Below the pieces are notes generated by a model. It made no database searches and was not told the origin of the DNA. It saw nothing but the letters and a program-made list of their open reading frames with translations. Shown here one piece after another: positions 1-11,974 of a stretch of DNA of 64,000 nucleotides. Source of the stretch: Narcine bancroftii (taxonomy: Eukaryota); contig NC_091473.1 in the NCBI RefSeq assembly GCF_036971445.1, positions 205,094,377 to 205,158,376 on the forward strand, written 5' to 3'. Each line of letters begins with the position of its first letter. Position 1 is the stretch's first letter. Made by a program: the position numbers and the translations under genes.

Positions 1-539
1 CCATATATCCAAAAGTTGCATTTCTTGCATCGATTTAATTATAAATTTGGTTACTTTGTTCTTTCTGTTAATTTTTTTCCCAGTTTTATCCATGTTTGAA
101 TCCAAATTAAGGTTGAAATCCCCTCCTATTAGTATGTTCCCTTGCCTGTCTGCTATCTTCAAAAAAATATCTTGCATAAATTTTTGATCTTCTTCGTTAG
201 GAGAATATACATTGAGTAAATTCCAAAACTCCGAATATATCTGACGTTTTATTATTACATATCTCCCTGCTGGATCTATTATTTCCTCTTCTATTTTAAT
301 TGGTACATTTTTACTGATTAATATAGGTACTCCTCTAGCTTTTGAATTATATGACGCTGCTGTTACATGTCCTACCCAATCTCTCTTTAATTTCTTGTGC
401 TCCATTTCAGTTAAATGTGTCTCTTGCACGAATGCTATATCAATTTTTTCTTTTTTCAGTAAATTTAGCAGTTTCTTCCTTTTGATTTGGTTATGTATTC
501 CGTTAATATTTAAAGTCATATAGTTCAACGTAGCCATTT
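1..539 (-). CDS. L1 ORF2 protein, apurinic/apyrimidinic endonuclease domain (N-terminal part; continues beyond position 1)
   Basis: Reverse complement of 519-539 is ATGGCTACGTTGAACTATATG (MATLNYM). Reverse complement of 1-60 encodes NKVTKFIIKSMQEMQLLDIW. QETHL and GGDFN motifs are typical of L1 EN. Confidence 0.8.
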
Positions 540-982
540 CATACTTTGTTTATCTTTCCTTTCCGTTTCCTCATCATCACCTTTCCTTCTTATCCATTTC
601 TGCTTTCTTGTTTTAAACACTTTATAAGACAACATTTCTAAAACATCAAACATTCCCCTTATTCTCCTATATAAAATTTCTTTAACCCCACTATCCCCTC
701 CCCTTCCTGAGTTGCCCTTTATCCCTTGTCGGGCAACCACATCTCCCCTCTCCATTTGGATTTGCGAATTAACTCGCAAGCGTCAATTGATTTCGCAGTG
801 ACCGTAACTCCTCCCCACCCAGCCCCCACAGAAAAGATTTCAATTTACATATATAACAGAGGTCACTCTTTTAATTCCCTCCTTACTTCCTCTGTTCCCT
901 TTCATTCTCTTATGAATTCATATCTATACTCTATATATTTTCCTTTAAATACGGATATACTCATGTGCACACATATATACAT

Positions 983-1015
<33 letters not shown>

Positions 1016-1060
1016 CCCATATACACACATACATATAGATCGTGGTCATTTTTACTCTCG

Positions 1061-1597
1061 TTAAATGTCTTCATCTCTCTGTCTGTTTTGTAGTTGTTCT
1101 GCAAATTTTCGTGCTTCCTTCGGATCCGAGAATAGTCTGTTTTGCTGCCCTGGAATAACTATTTTAAGTACCGCTGGGTGCTTTAGCATAAATTTATATC
1201 CTTTTTTCCATAAGATCGCTTTTGCTGTATTAAACTCCTTTCTCTTCTTCAGGAGTTCAAAACTTATGTCTGGATAGAAAAAATTTTTTTGATCTTTGTA
1301 TTCCAGTGGCTTTTTGTCTTCCCTTATTTTCTTCATTGCTTTCTCCAATATATTTTTTCTTGTTGTATATCTTTGGAATTTTACTAAAATGGATCTTGGT
1401 TTTTGTTGTGGTTGTGGTTTAGGGGCTAATGTTCTGTGTTCCCTTTCTATTTCCATTTCTTCCTGTAATTCTGGTCTTCCTAGGACCCTGGTGATCCAAT
1501 CTTTTATAAATTCTCTCATATTCTTGCCTTCTTCATCTTCCTTAAGGCCCACTATCTTTATATTATTTCTTCTATTATAATTTTCCATTATATCCAT
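1061..1597 (-). CDS. L1 ORF1 protein (RRM plus C-terminal domain), N-terminal coiled-coil disrupted
   Basis: 178-aa ORF ...NIKIVGLKEDEEGKN...FYPDISFELLKKRKEF...ARKFAEQLQ matches the L1 ORF1p pattern (NLRIIGVPE / FYPxLS). A second degenerate copy of the same protein lies at 56965-57818. Confidence 0.75.
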   Translation of the reverse strand: MDIMENYNRRNNIKIVGLKEDEEGKNMREFIKDWITRVLGRPELQEEMEIEREHRTLAPKPQPQQKPRSILVKFQRYTTRKNILEKAMKKIREDKKPLEYKDQKNFFYPDISFELLKKRKEFNTAKAILWKKGYKFMLKHPAVLKIVIPGQQNRLFSDPKEARKFAEQLQNRQRDEDI

Positions 1598-2082
1598 CTT
1601 CTGAGCTAACAGCTCTTGTGTCTCTTTAACTTTTTTATTAGATTCTTCTAATTTCTCTTTTGTCCTCTACTTCCATTTCTACGGCTGTTTCTCATTCTTC
1701 CACCTTATCCACTCTTTTTCCTATATCTGACATGACCATCTCTAATCTATTCATTTTTTCTTCTGTACTTTTAATTCTTCTTTTTATTTCACTAAATTCT
1801 TGTGATTGCCATTCTTTTACTGATTCCATATATTCTTTAAAAAGTATATATCCATTGTCTTGCCTTTCCCTTCTTCTTCCATTTCTCTGTGTTCTTCTTC
1901 TTCTTCTTCCTCTGGGTTGGTCATCTGTTGTTTCCTTGTTTTCTTTTTACTCTCTTCTTTCTTGTTCTCGTTGTTTTCTATGTTCTCTTCTTGTTGTTGT
2001 GTTGTAGCTGTCATTCTCAGCTGTGGAGATCGACTCCTCAGCAGGTCCCCCCTCCCGTCAGTGTTTTTTTGTCATACGCGTC

Positions 2083-2140
2083 GCGCATGCGCGACTCCTC
2101 TCGCATGCGCGACTCCTCTCGCATGCGCGGTTGCGCACTT
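2083..2140. repeat. 18-bp tandem repeat (cgcatgcgcgactcctct, ~2.5 copies) inside the presumed L1 5'UTR
   Basis: Direct reading of the sequence. Confidence 0.6.
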
Positions 2141-2469
2141 TTACTTGGCTCCGCGAGCCATTTTTGTAGTCCCAAGCTCGGGACTTCGACTGACCTTAGG
2201 GAACGGGCTTCTCTCTTCGCGGCGGGCCTCCTCGGACAGGTAAGGCCTTCACCTTCTTCTTCCAACGTTTTTTCTTCTTCTCTTCTTCCCGTTGCTTTCA
2301 ACTTTTCTTTCTTCGCTGCCATTTTCTTCCCACCTTTACTTTCACTTTATTTTAATTTTTATGTTTGTGCCTTTGCGTTTTATGTGTTTTTTTTAAACTT
2401 TTCCGGAGAGGGCTGGAGTTCGCCGACCGGCCACTACTCCATCACGTGACTCCTCTCACACTCTGTCCA

Positions 2470-3010
2470 CCTTAACGCAGATATGCCAACTATTCATACT
2501 GGCAACAAATGCAGGCAGGAATGCACACCGTTCCCCTGAACACAGGTACGCAAACTGTTCACACCCACCTCAAACGCAGGCAGGGGTGCACTCCATCCAC
2601 CTGAACACAGGAATCCACTGTTCAAACCCACCTCAAATGTGGGCAGGGACACACTCCATCCACCTGAACGCAGATATGCAAACTGTTCATTCCAGCAACA
2701 AACGCGGGCAGGAACGCACACCGTTTATCTGAACATTGGTACTCAAACTGTTCACACCTGCCTCAAATGTGGGCAGGGACAAACTCCATCCACCTGAACG
2801 CAGATACGCAAACTGTTCATACCCCCACAAACACAGGCAGGGATGCACTCCGTCCACCTGAACACAGATACGCAAACTGTTCATACCGGCAACAAACGTG
2901 GACAGGTATGCACACTGTCCAGCTGAATGCAGCAACACAAACTGTTCACAGTCACCACAAAGGCAGGCATGGACGCAAACGGCCACCTCAAGGAATGAAC
3001 TCAAACAGTC
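2470..3010. repeat. Minisatellite, ~65-bp unit, ~8.5 copies (ctgaacacag[ga]tacgcaaactgttca...ccatccac)
   Basis: Unit boundaries recur at ctgaac... every 62-66 bp. Confidence 0.85.
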
Positions 3011-3282
3011 CACCTGAATACAAACCTTTCCCTCCGACACTCATATTTTCCACTGGGGAAGGGATAAGTCGGGAGAGAATTAAATCGCGCTCTCTCTCTC
3101 GCCGTCTCTCTCACTTGCCATCCCTCACACTTGCTCTACCTCGGTATCCTGATGCCCCTCTTCATGTGACTCTCTCCCCCTCCCTGTGTTTCTGCCTTTT
3201 GCTCCACCTGCCTCTTTACCTCGCAATGTCTCTCTCATTCTCTTCTTCCCTGTGGCTCTATTCCTCTCTCTCCCTCCCTATC

Positions 3283-3285
<3 letters not shown>

Positions 3286-3353
<68 letters not shown>
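3286..3353. repeat. (GT)n microsatellite, ~33 units, followed by a CT-rich tract
   Basis: Direct reading. Confidence 0.95.
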
Positions 3354-3354
<1 letters not shown>

Positions 3355-4039
3355 GCTCTCTCTCCTCCCCCCCCAATCTGCCTCTCATTCTCTTTCTCTC
3401 TCCCTCTCCCTCTTTCTCCCCGTCTCTCCGCATTGGCGTTTGTACCTCGTACGCTGCTGGATAATCGCAGTGCTGGGTTTAGACTTGGTGAGGCCTTAAA
3501 CTACGTAAAGCTGAGAGGCCCCCCTTGTTAAAAAAAATTATGCCAGAAGATCTCACAACCCTTGAAAAAAAAATTAAAATTTAAAAATAAAATAATTTAA
3601 AAAAAAATAAAAAAAAATAATATATATATATATATAATTAATTACAAAATTTTGAAAATTTTAAAAGCCTCCCCAAAAATTCTGAATTAATTTTGAGGCC
3701 CCTGTGTTTTGCTTTATTTATGCCTTGTAGAGAACCCCTCTCTGCAACTGGACCCCGAACTTGTTGATTGAAATACCAACTGCCTGTCTGCGTTGGTGGC
3801 AAGACCTCAAGGCCCATGACACCGAGCACTGGCACGTCACAAGACCGCATGCTTAGCCGTCTGCTGTTCACTCTGCTAACTCGCAGCTGGACTGCCAGGT
3901 TTGGCTCCAACAGAATCATCAGGTCTGTGGCTGGCACAACACTCGCTGGCCTCATTGGCGGGAGACCGATGGGCTTGAGCTGCGGTGCAAGAGCAACAAC
4001 TTGAGCCTCAGCGTGGACGACACATAAAGGAGATGATTC

Positions 4040-4460
4040 AGGAGCATGAAGGACCCACTCCCCACTCCATCGCGGAGAAAGCAGGGAGCACCACGTTCCT
4101 TCGCGTCCTTTTAAAGGACGACTCATCCTGCACCTCCTCATTAGCCAGGAAGGCAAGGCTACTGGTCACTTTGCTAGCAGCCCAACAGACAGTGTCCTGG
4201 CCGGCTGCATCATAGTGTGGTATGGTGGCTGCAAAGCATCAGATTGGAGGTCAGTACACAGGATGATTCAAACTGCTGAGAAGACCACTGGGGTCTCCCG
4301 TCCCTCCATCGACGATATCTACAAGGAGCGGGGCTTAAAGGGGGCACTGAGGACCCTTATCATCTTTAAGGAAGGGGTACAAGGGCATCAAAACCAGGAC
4401 TGCCCGGCTGTGAAACAGCTTCTTCCCGCAGTGGCAAGACGGTTGAACAATCCTAGCAAG
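4040..4460 (+). mobile_element. 3'-terminal fragment of an abundant fish retroelement ORF (jockey/CR1-superfamily-like 'family J'), frameshifted
   Basis: Encodes ...SWPAAS / IVWYGGCKASDWRSVHRMIQTAEKTTGVSRPSIDDIYKERGLKGA... then in another frame ...KTRTARL-NSFFPQ. This matches the remembered C-terminus ...ITVWYGNCSAQDRKALQRVV.TAQ.ITG..LPSI.DIY..RC..KA..IIKDP.HPGH.LF.LLPSGRRYRS....T.RLKNSFFPQAIRLLN. Confidence 0.5.
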
Positions 4461-4576
4461 CTGCAAATTAATTTTTTAATATATTTATGCAGTTTGTCCG
4501 CAGGGTGTCCATCTTTACCTCGGGCGAGACTTGCTGAGTTACTCTTGCATTACTGTGTTTTTAACTCGGGTGTTCT

Positions 4577-5080
4577 GTGTGTGTGCACTCTGCTCCAGAG
4601 GATCGTTGTTTTGTCGAGTTGTATATGTATATGCACTGGGTGGGTCACGTCTCCAGAATGGAAGACCATCGCCTTCCCAAGATCGTGTTATATGGCGAGC
4701 TCTCCATTGGCCACCGTGACAGAGGTGCACCAAAGAAAAGGTACAAGGACTGCCTAAAGAAATCTCTTGGTGCCTGCCACATTGACCACCGCCAGTGGGC
4801 TGATATCGCCTCAAACCGTGCATCTTGGCGTCTCACAGTTTGGCGGGCAGCAACCTCCTTTGAAAAAGACCGCAGAGCCCACCTCTGACAAAAGGCAAAG
4901 GAGGAAAAACCCAACACCCAACCCCAACCAACCAATTTTCCCCTGCAACCGCTGCAACCGTGTCTGCCTGTCCCGCATCGGACTTGTCAGCCACAAACGA
5001 GCCTGCAGCTGACATGGACATTTACCCCCTCCATAAATCTTCGTCCGCGAAGCCAAGCCAAAGAAGAATATGTATATCAC
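4577..5080 (+). mobile_element. LINE-A family, 5'-truncated 3'-terminal fragment (~500 bp)
   Basis: ORFs ...WVGHVSRMEDHRLPKIVLYGELSIGHRDRGAPKKRYKDCLKKSLGACHIDHRQWADIASNRASWRLTV... and ...RRKNPTPNPNQPIFPCNRCNRVCLSRIGLVSHKRACS. Ends CCATAAATCTTCGTCCGCGAAGCCAAGCCAAAGAAGAA, as in the other copies. Confidence 0.85.
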
Positions 5081-5089
5081 ACAACAATA

Positions 5090-6000
5090 AACTTGAACTC
5101 TCTAGCCCCATCTCTTTCCATCTCCCTGTCTCACTCCTGTCTCTTTCTCCCTAGTCTCTCTCTCTCCCGTTTCTCTTTCCTCCTGTCTCTCTCTCTATCC
5201 CCATCAGTCTCCCCCTCCCTGTTACTTTTCTCTCTCTATCCATCTCCTCTGTCTCTCTCCCTCTATGTCTCTCTCTTTATCTCTTTCCCTGCCTGTCTCT
5301 ATCTTTCTCTGCTCTGTCCGTGTGACTTTCTCTCCCCATCTTGCTCTCCGTCTCTTTTGTCCCTTTCTGTCCCTCTCCCTCTTTGCCTGTCTCACACTCT
5401 CTCTCCCCACCTGTCTCTCTCTTTCTCCATCGCCCTCCCCCTGTCTCCCTCTGAATCTCAACTGTCTCCCTCAGAATCTCTCCCCCTCCATCTCCCCAAC
5501 TCTCTCCCATCCTCTCTGTTTGTCTCTCGCTCCCATCTCTCTCCCCCATAACTCTCTTTCTGCCCTCTCTCTCTCCTGGTCTCTGTCCTTGTCCGTCTCC
5601 CCCTCCGACTGTCTCTCTTTCTCTTCCCGTCTCTTTATCTCTTCCCTTGCCTATCCTACTCTGCCCAACTCTCTCCACATGACTCGCTCCATCTCCACCT
5701 GTCACACACCTGTCTATCTCCTTCTCGCGCTTTCCCTGTCTCTCAACATCTCTTTTGTCTCATTTCCTCCAAAACTCTGTTTCCCTCGATCTCTCTTGCT
5801 CTGACTCTCCCTCACTCACTCTCTCCTACCCTCTGCATATGTATCTCTCCCACTCTCTCCCTCCATTTTTCACTCCTGTCTCACATTCTCTCTGTATCTC
5901 TATCTTTATCTCTTTCCCTAACGTCTCGTTGTCTCTCCCTCCCTCTCTCCTTCTGTCTCTCTCTCCTTCTCCTTCCATCTCCCTCTGTTGCCATAATGAA
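5090..6000. repeat. CT-rich (pyrimidine on the plus strand) low-complexity or simple-repeat block, ~0.9 kb
   Basis: ctctctccctgtctc-type composition throughout. The long ORFs here are low-complexity translations. Confidence 0.85.
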
Positions 6001-6111
6001 CCAATCACCACCAGGTCGTGGCACCATCACTCTGTGGAGGCTGGGTGTAGACGGAGGGGGTTTGGGGGGGGGGGGTGAGGTGGGGGTGTAGTCGAACGCT
6101 GCGCGTCTTAC

Positions 6112-6224
6112 TTGGCCAAGGCCAACAACTCCCGCTCCTTCACCTCCTGCTTCAGCTCCGCCAGGTGGAATTTTGCTTCCTCCGACTCGGCGCAAAAGTC
6201 CGACCTCCACTGGTCCGGAATCGA
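6112..6224 (-). CDS. TEP1: TEP1-like exon (...SIPDQWRSDFCAESEEAKFHLAELKQEVKERELLALAK)
   Basis: Acceptor ...ctgttgggacag|ATCGATTCC and donor GCCAA|gtaagac on the minus strand. Peptide matches the remembered human TEP1 segment [28 protein letters not shown]. Confidence 0.7.
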
Positions 6225-6289
6225 TCTGTCCCAACAGGTGGCAAGGAAAAATGGCCTCAGCAATTCTTTGTGCAGGACTATGATTCAAG

Positions 6290-6790
6290 AAGCAATTCCT
6301 GTTCCCATATCTACTCCTAATGGATCACCACTCCTTCCCATCCACTCCCACTCTCCACATTCCCAACGGCCCCTACCTCTTCCCATTCACTCCCACTGTC
6401 CACATTCCCAATGATCCCCACCCCTTCCCATTCACTCCCAGTGTCCACATTCCCAATGGATTCTCACCTCTTCCCATTCACTCCCACTGTCGACATTCCC
6501 AATGATCCCCACCCATTCCCATTCACTCCCACTGTCCACATTCCAATGGGTCCATCCCCTTCACTCCCTCTGTCCACATTCTCAATGGCCCCCCACCTCT
6601 TCCCATTCACTCCCAGTCCATATTCCCAATGGATTCTCATCTCTTCCCATTTACTCCTACTGTCAACATTCCCAATGATCCCCACCCCTCCCTATTCACT
6701 CCCACTGTCCACATTCCCAATGATCCCCACCCCTTCCCATTCACTCTCACTGTCCACATTCTCAATGGCCCCAGAGATACCCATCACTGG
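6290..6790. repeat. Satellite family S1, ~57-60-bp unit (cttcccattcactcccactgtccacattcccaatgatccccacccc), ~8 copies
   Basis: Direct tandem periodicity. The same unit recurs at 32790-33460. Confidence 0.85.
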
Positions 6791-6807
6791 GCTGAGCTCT
6801 GTCCCAC

Positions 6808-6929
6808 CTCAGCACAGCTGGGTCCCTTGTGTAGACGAAGCAGGACTGCCTGGGGTTGTCCGCGTTCTGCCTCAGGAACTGTTTCAATTCCAACTCCGTG
6901 ACCGAGCGGCCCTTGGGGTAGTCCTTGAC
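6808..6929 (-). CDS. TEP1: TEP1-like exon (VKDYPKGRSVTELELKQFLRQNADNPRQSCFVYTRDPAVL)
   Basis: Acceptor ccctctag|GTCAAGGAC and donor CTGAG|gtgggac. Matches human [23 protein letters not shown]. Confidence 0.7.
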
Positions 6930-7129
6930 CTAGAGGGATGGGTGGGAAGAACAGAGAGACAGTGGGTGGCTCTTACCCCACCACTCTTAGGGATCTTGGA
7001 CCCCACCTCAGTGGGAGAAGGAAGCATAATCACTCCCCATCCCCATCTCAAACAGATTAGCCCCTTATTCTAAGACAGTGACATCACCCCTTAATCTAAG
7101 ACAGTGACATCCCCCCCTCCAGTCATAAT

Positions 7130-7830
7130 GATGCCCGACCATTCAGGAGCAAGAGAGAACATAGAACTGCAGAGTACAGGCTTACAACATTGTGCTGATG
7201 TTTATTAACGGTCTGTAAAAATCTCACTCTTCCCTCCCTCACACCCATAATCCACATGCCTGTTCATGAGTCTTCTGAATGCCCTTATTAGACCAGTCAC
7301 CACCATTACCACCCACCCCCCCCCCCCACCCCCGGCAATGCATTCCTGGCACCCACCACCCTCTGCATTAAAAAAGGACTTACCTCTTACGTATCCTCTA
7401 AACTTCCATTCCTCACCTTAAGCAGATGTCCTCTGATATTTGCTATTGTCAACCTAGGGAAAAAAGGTGCTGGATGCCCCACCTGATCTAAGTCCCTTGT
7501 AATCTTATACAACCCTAAGTTGCCTTTTATCCTTCATTGGTCCAAAAAGAAAAGTCCCATCTCCAGCAACATTACCTCACTTCCCCCCGACTCATGAGGG
7601 CCAACACACCACACGCCTTCTTCGCCACCCCATCAACTTTGAGAGATCTATGGACCTTGACCCAAAGATCTCACGCCTTCTTCGCCACCCCATCAACCTT
7701 GAGAGATCTATGGACCTTGACCCAAAGATCTCACGCCTTCTTCGCCACCCCATCAACCTTGAGAGATCTATGGACCATGACTCAAAGATCTTGTGGTTCC
7801 TCCACGCTGTTAAAATCCCACCATTAACCA
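7130..7830 (-). mobile_element. CR1/L2-like LINE fragment (RT C-terminal and 3' region) with an internal 60-bp triplication at 7590-7800
   Basis: Homologous to the CR1 copies at 40440-40930, 41200-41560 and 52000-52590. The 60-bp unit cacgccttcttcgccaccccatcaac[ct]ttgagagatctatggaccttgacccaaagatct occurs three times. Confidence 0.6.
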
Positions 7831-8049
7831 TGACTTGATCTTCCAAAATGCATCACTTCACACTTATCCATCTGCCATTTCTCCCCTCAACTCTGCAACC
7901 TTTGTGTCAACTGCAAACTTACTGACCTACACCTCCGCTTTATAAAAAGGTGTCCCTAGATAGGTGGAACAGACGTATCTGTTGCCAGTCACGACTTCCA
8001 AACGTCAGATGATCTGAGATGACCGCAGGATCCAGGGCTACTGGGGAAA

Positions 8050-8880
8050 TGGGTCAAGGAGTGACAGATGGAGTCTTACTGGGACATGGGCAAGGTGTCG
8101 CACCTTGAGTGGCAGGACTTGTGCAGTAAATGGGGAGGCCCAGAGAGTGGTGTGGTTCTGGGGAGTGGAGGAGGGGGGAAGGTGGAGGGGACAACAGGTG
8201 CATCGTTTTCCGACAGTGGGGACATTGGGTGATGAAGGAGGCGTTTGTCCTGCCTGCCTTCACCGGTCGGGGGCACGGAGTCCAGGAGCTGGGATGTTTC
8301 ATCACGGCTGAACAAGAGGAGGGTGAGATCGCAGTGTACACAGTTCCAGTCTCCTGGCTGTAAGAAGGACGTTACTGAGCCAGGGGCGGATGGACATTCC
8401 TGGGGGGGAGGGGGGAATGGTTCAGGTTATTTTTAAATTTAGATTTAGATTTAAATGTAGGCATACAACACCATAAGAGTCCATTTTGGCCCACGAGTCT
8501 GTGTCACCCAATTTACACCCAATTAACCTACACCTCCGGTACATTTCTAATGGTAGGAGGAAACTGGAGCCCCCGGGGAAAACTCACACAGACATGGGGA
8601 GAACGTACAAACTCCTTCCAGACAGAGCAGGATTCAAAGCCCGGTCCTGACCGCTGGCACTGTAAGGGCGTTGTGCTGACCGCCACACCAACCGTGCTGC
8701 CCTACGAGAAGATGGAGAGGCTGGGACATTTCTCCATAGAATGACAGGCTGAGGTGGGGGGATCCTCAGAGAGGTTTATAAAATCAGGTCTAAAACCTGA
8801 TGGCAGTGGATTAAGGTGAAAGAAGGGAGATGCAATGGAACCTGAGGGGGTCAACTTATTCAGACAGAAGGTGGTGGTGG
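8050..8880. mobile_element. Old CR1/L2-like 3' fragment (degenerate)
   Basis: 8730-8830 encodes ...GDPQRGL-NQV-NLMAVD-GERREMQWNL.G.QLIQTEGGG, resembling the CR1 3' motif RGDLIEVYKIM.G.D. The block 8076-8400 is homologous to 10200-10560. Confidence 0.4.
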
Positions 8881-9100
8881 GAGGGTGGGATGAGCTGCTG
8901 GAAGAAGGGGTAGAGGGGCTGAGGGAGAAATAACCCTGGTGCAAAGACATGTGGATGGGGACATGGGGAGGGAAGGTTTGGAGAGGGAGGCAAGATGAAC
9001 ATAGTGAAACGTGACCAGCTCAGGGAGAGAACTTGGGAAAGGTAAGGATGAAGAGCCTGGACTGGACATTCCCCCCCCCACCCAGCAGCAGCGCCCTCAC

Positions 9101-9221
9101 CCACTGGAAGTGTGGCAGATCCGGCAGCGAGTAGTCGACCGGGATGTGTCCGTAGCGTTCTCCCAGGAGAAGCAGGAAGAGTTGGCAGCGGGAGACCTCA
9201 GACAGGCAGAGCTCCAGCTGC
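9101..9221 (-). CDS. TEP1: TEP1-like exon ([40 protein letters not shown])
   Basis: Acceptor tactctgcag|GCAGCTGGAG and donor CAGTGG|gtgaggg. Matches human [40 protein letters not shown]. Confidence 0.75.
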
Positions 9222-9239
9222 CTGCAGAGTAGGGGTGGG

Positions 9240-9730
9240 GGGCAAAGAGAGAGAAAAAAATGTTAGCCCTGGTGGAAGTGAGAGGGAGGAAGGGAATGGG
9301 GAAAGGGGAGGGGAGAACAGGGAAAGAGAGGTGGGGAGGAGAGAAGGAGAGGGGGGAGAGTCAGGAAAGAATGAGGGGAGGGGAGAGGGATGAGAGGATG
9401 GGGAGGGGAAGGGGAGAGCAAAGACAGGATGAGGAGAAATGGAGACAGGGGGAGAGGGGGGAAGGAGGGGAGAGAGGAGAGCAAGGACAGAAAGAGGGGA
9501 AGGGGAGAATGAGGGGGAGAGGAAGGAGAGAGGGAAGATGAGCAATGACAGAATGAGGGAAAGGGGAGGAGAGGGGAGAAGGGGTGATGGGGAAAGGGAA
9601 AGGAGAATGAGGGAAAGGGGAAAGGGAGGGGGAGAAGAAAAGGAATGAGGAGAGGATGAGAGCGAGGACAATGAGTGGGAAGGGGAGAGCAAGGAGAGAA
9701 TGAGGGGAAGGGGAGAGGGAGGGGAATCAG
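9240..9730. repeat. Purine-rich (GGGAGA/GGGGAG-type) simple repeat on the plus strand
   Basis: Direct reading. Overlapping ORFs are low-complexity translations. Confidence 0.85.
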
Positions 9731-9949
9731 AGGTGAGGGGTGACAGTGGAGGTTGAGGGGAGACAGAGGGAAAAGCCCTGGAACTCCCAAGCAGAGGGTC
9801 AGGGCAAGGTCATGTCCCCCCAGGAAGGAGAGTCGGTGCGTGGTCGTTACTGCTCTAAAGGTGACTGAAGTTAGTTGTAACCGCCCCATCGGGAGGGAGT
9901 TGGGGAAAATTCAGAACCTGGGGGTAGGCCGTAGATTGAAGACACCCAC

Positions 9950-10126
9950 CTGTTCCCGCGGGACTCCTCCTCGGTGATGCCCCAGCGCAGGTCAATCTCG
10001 CGCAGGTGGATGGCGTGCCGAGCAGCCCGAGCCCGCAGCTCCGGGAAGACAGAGCCAACCAGCAGGTCCCGCTCACTCTGCATGTCCCGGAACGTGGACG
10101 AGACAAAGACCCGGACTGTCCACCAC
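9950..10126 (-). CDS. TEP1: TEP1-like exon ([59 protein letters not shown])
   Basis: Acceptor ctgccaacag|GTGGTGGAC and donor GGGAACAG|gtgggtgtc. Matches human [58 protein letters not shown]. Confidence 0.8.
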
Positions 10127-10199
10127 CTGTTGGCAGAGTGAGGGGCGGACAGTCAGGGACAAGGAGAGGATGGTCCGATGAGAGAGCGTGGGTCGGAGC

Positions 10200-10900
10200 G
10201 CATGATGCAACGGAGGATTGGGTCGGAGGCATGGAGAGGGAATGTCTGACGGGGCCAGCACAGGATAGAGCGAAGGACAAGCACAGCCCAGTACAGGACG
10301 GAGTATGGGCCAGCGCAAAATGCAGCCACAGGGTGGAGCACAGACCAGCCCAGGTGGGTCGGACGGATCCAGGAAAGTGGGGCAAGGGGAGATGAGGCAG
10401 TGAAGGAGGGGTTCGTCACGCCTGCCTTCACCGGTCATGGCCACTGAGTCCAGGTGCTGGGACATCCCATCTCCACTGGAAAAAAGGTGGGTGAGACCGT
10501 GCTCAGAGTACTGCGTGCAGCTCAGGTCTCCCGGCTCCAAGAACGATGGAGGTGGGGTGGGGAGAATGCAGGCAAAGATTTGTCAGAACATCCCCAGGGA
10601 CTGTAGGGGACTCGGGTGACAAGTAGAGGCTGTGGTGTTTCTCCGTAGACCTGAAAGAGGTTTATAAAATCAGGAGGGGCGTGGATAAGGACAACAGTCA
10701 CAGTCTTTTCCCTCACTGGGGTTCCAGGAGTCAAAAGCCAGAGGCCACGGGTTTAAGGTAGAAGAGGTGAGAATAAGGGTGTGTGGGACGAGCTGCCAGA
10801 GGAAGGGTTAAGGTTTAGAGGATACTGGACAGGAGGAGAGGGGCAACAAAGGCTGAGGTGGATGTTGGGCCAGAGGGCTTTTTCCGCGGAGTTCATTTTG
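10200..10900. mobile_element. Old CR1/L2-like 3' fragments (two pieces)
   Basis: 10640-10900 encodes LKEVYKIMRGVDKDNSHSLFPHWGSRSQKPEATGLR...GRAARGR, resembling the CR1 3' motif EVYKIM.G.D.....LFP...S.TRGH..K.. 10200-10560 is homologous to 8076-8400. Confidence 0.45.
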
Positions 10901-11059
10901 GGGAGTACCTGAGCGTGGGGGAATGAATAATGTCGCCCAGGCCGGAGGCCTCTCTGTCCCCGGGAATATGGCTACCATCCTTGGGTTTGGGGAGGTGGAA
11001 GATGTCGTCCATCCTGTTCACGTGGTTGAGCAGACGGCTGGATCCACGCTCACACAGGA

Positions 11060-11930
11060 ACCTTCATGGAGCAGACACCAGCTCAGACAGGACCAACTCC
11101 CCTTCCGCATACCTCCTCCAGAGACACAGCATGAAGCTCCCTCCAGACCATCCCGAAACACTCATCAGGGAGACAGAGTGAAGCTCTCTCCGTACCTGCC
11201 TGTTACCCACTCCCAGGGACAGACACACAGTGTAGCACCCTCCACACCTGCCCCAGAGACACAGAGTGAAGCTCCCTCAGTACCTTTCTGTCACACATTC
11301 TTCAGGGGCAGATACAGAATGAAGCACCCATTGCAACATCCCATCACACACTCCCCCAGGGACATGGAATGAAGTTTCTTTTGCACCGTCCCATCACCAA
11401 CTCCCAGGGACAGTCAGAGTGAAGCTCCTTCCACACAGTCCCATCACACACTCCTAGGGACAGACACAGAGTGAAGCTCCTTCCACACCATCCTATCATA
11501 CACTCCCGGGGACAGACACAGAGTGAAGCTCCCTCTGCACTGTCCCATTAAACATTCCCGGGGACAGACTCAGTGTGAAGCTCCTTCCGCACCATCCCAT
11601 CACACACTCCTGGGGACAGACAGAGATTGAAGCTCATTCCACACCGTTCTATCACACATTCCCGGGGACAGACACAGTGTGAAGCTCCCTCCGCACTGTC
11701 TCGTCACACACTCCTGGGGACAGACACAGAGTGAAGCTCGTTCCACACACTTTCATCACACATTCCCGGAGACAGACTCAGTGTGAAGCTCCCTCCACAT
11801 CGTCCCATCACACACTCCAGGGGCCAGACACAGAGTGAAGCTCCTTCCACACCATCCGATCACACACTCCCGGGGACAGACAGAGAGTGAAGCTCCTTCC
11901 ACATCAAACATTCCTGGGGATGGTGTAATG
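11060..11930. repeat. Satellite family S2, ~59-bp unit (ccatcacacactcccggggacagacacagagtgaagctccttccacac), ~15 copies
   Basis: Direct tandem periodicity. The same satellite resumes at 15360-15660. Confidence 0.9.
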
Positions 11931-11974
11931 TAGATAAATATTGGGAGAATTTGGTAAAATTAGAGTAGGTTACA

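Larger units (their letters stand above)
1..2450 (-). mobile_element. L1-clade non-LTR retrotransposon copy A (ORF2 N-terminus, inter-ORF region, ORF1, 5'UTR); runs off the window start
   Basis: Minus-strand ORF2 start MATLNYMTLNINGIHNQIKRKKLLNLLKKEKIDIAFVQETHL...GGDFN...LLDIW (AP-endonuclease motifs) reads from 539 down to 1. ORF1 RRM/CTD lies at 1061-1597, with an N-terminal coiled-coil remnant to ~1860 that contains a stop. The 5'UTR carries an 18-bp tandem repeat. Confidence 0.8.

Noticed and set aside
3638-4156. 172-aa minus-strand ORF, considered as a possible further TEP1 (NACHT-region) exon
   Set aside because: Similarity to the expected TEP1 segment is unconvincing, and the plus strand of the same interval carries a recognisable retroelement fragment. 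I left it unannotated.
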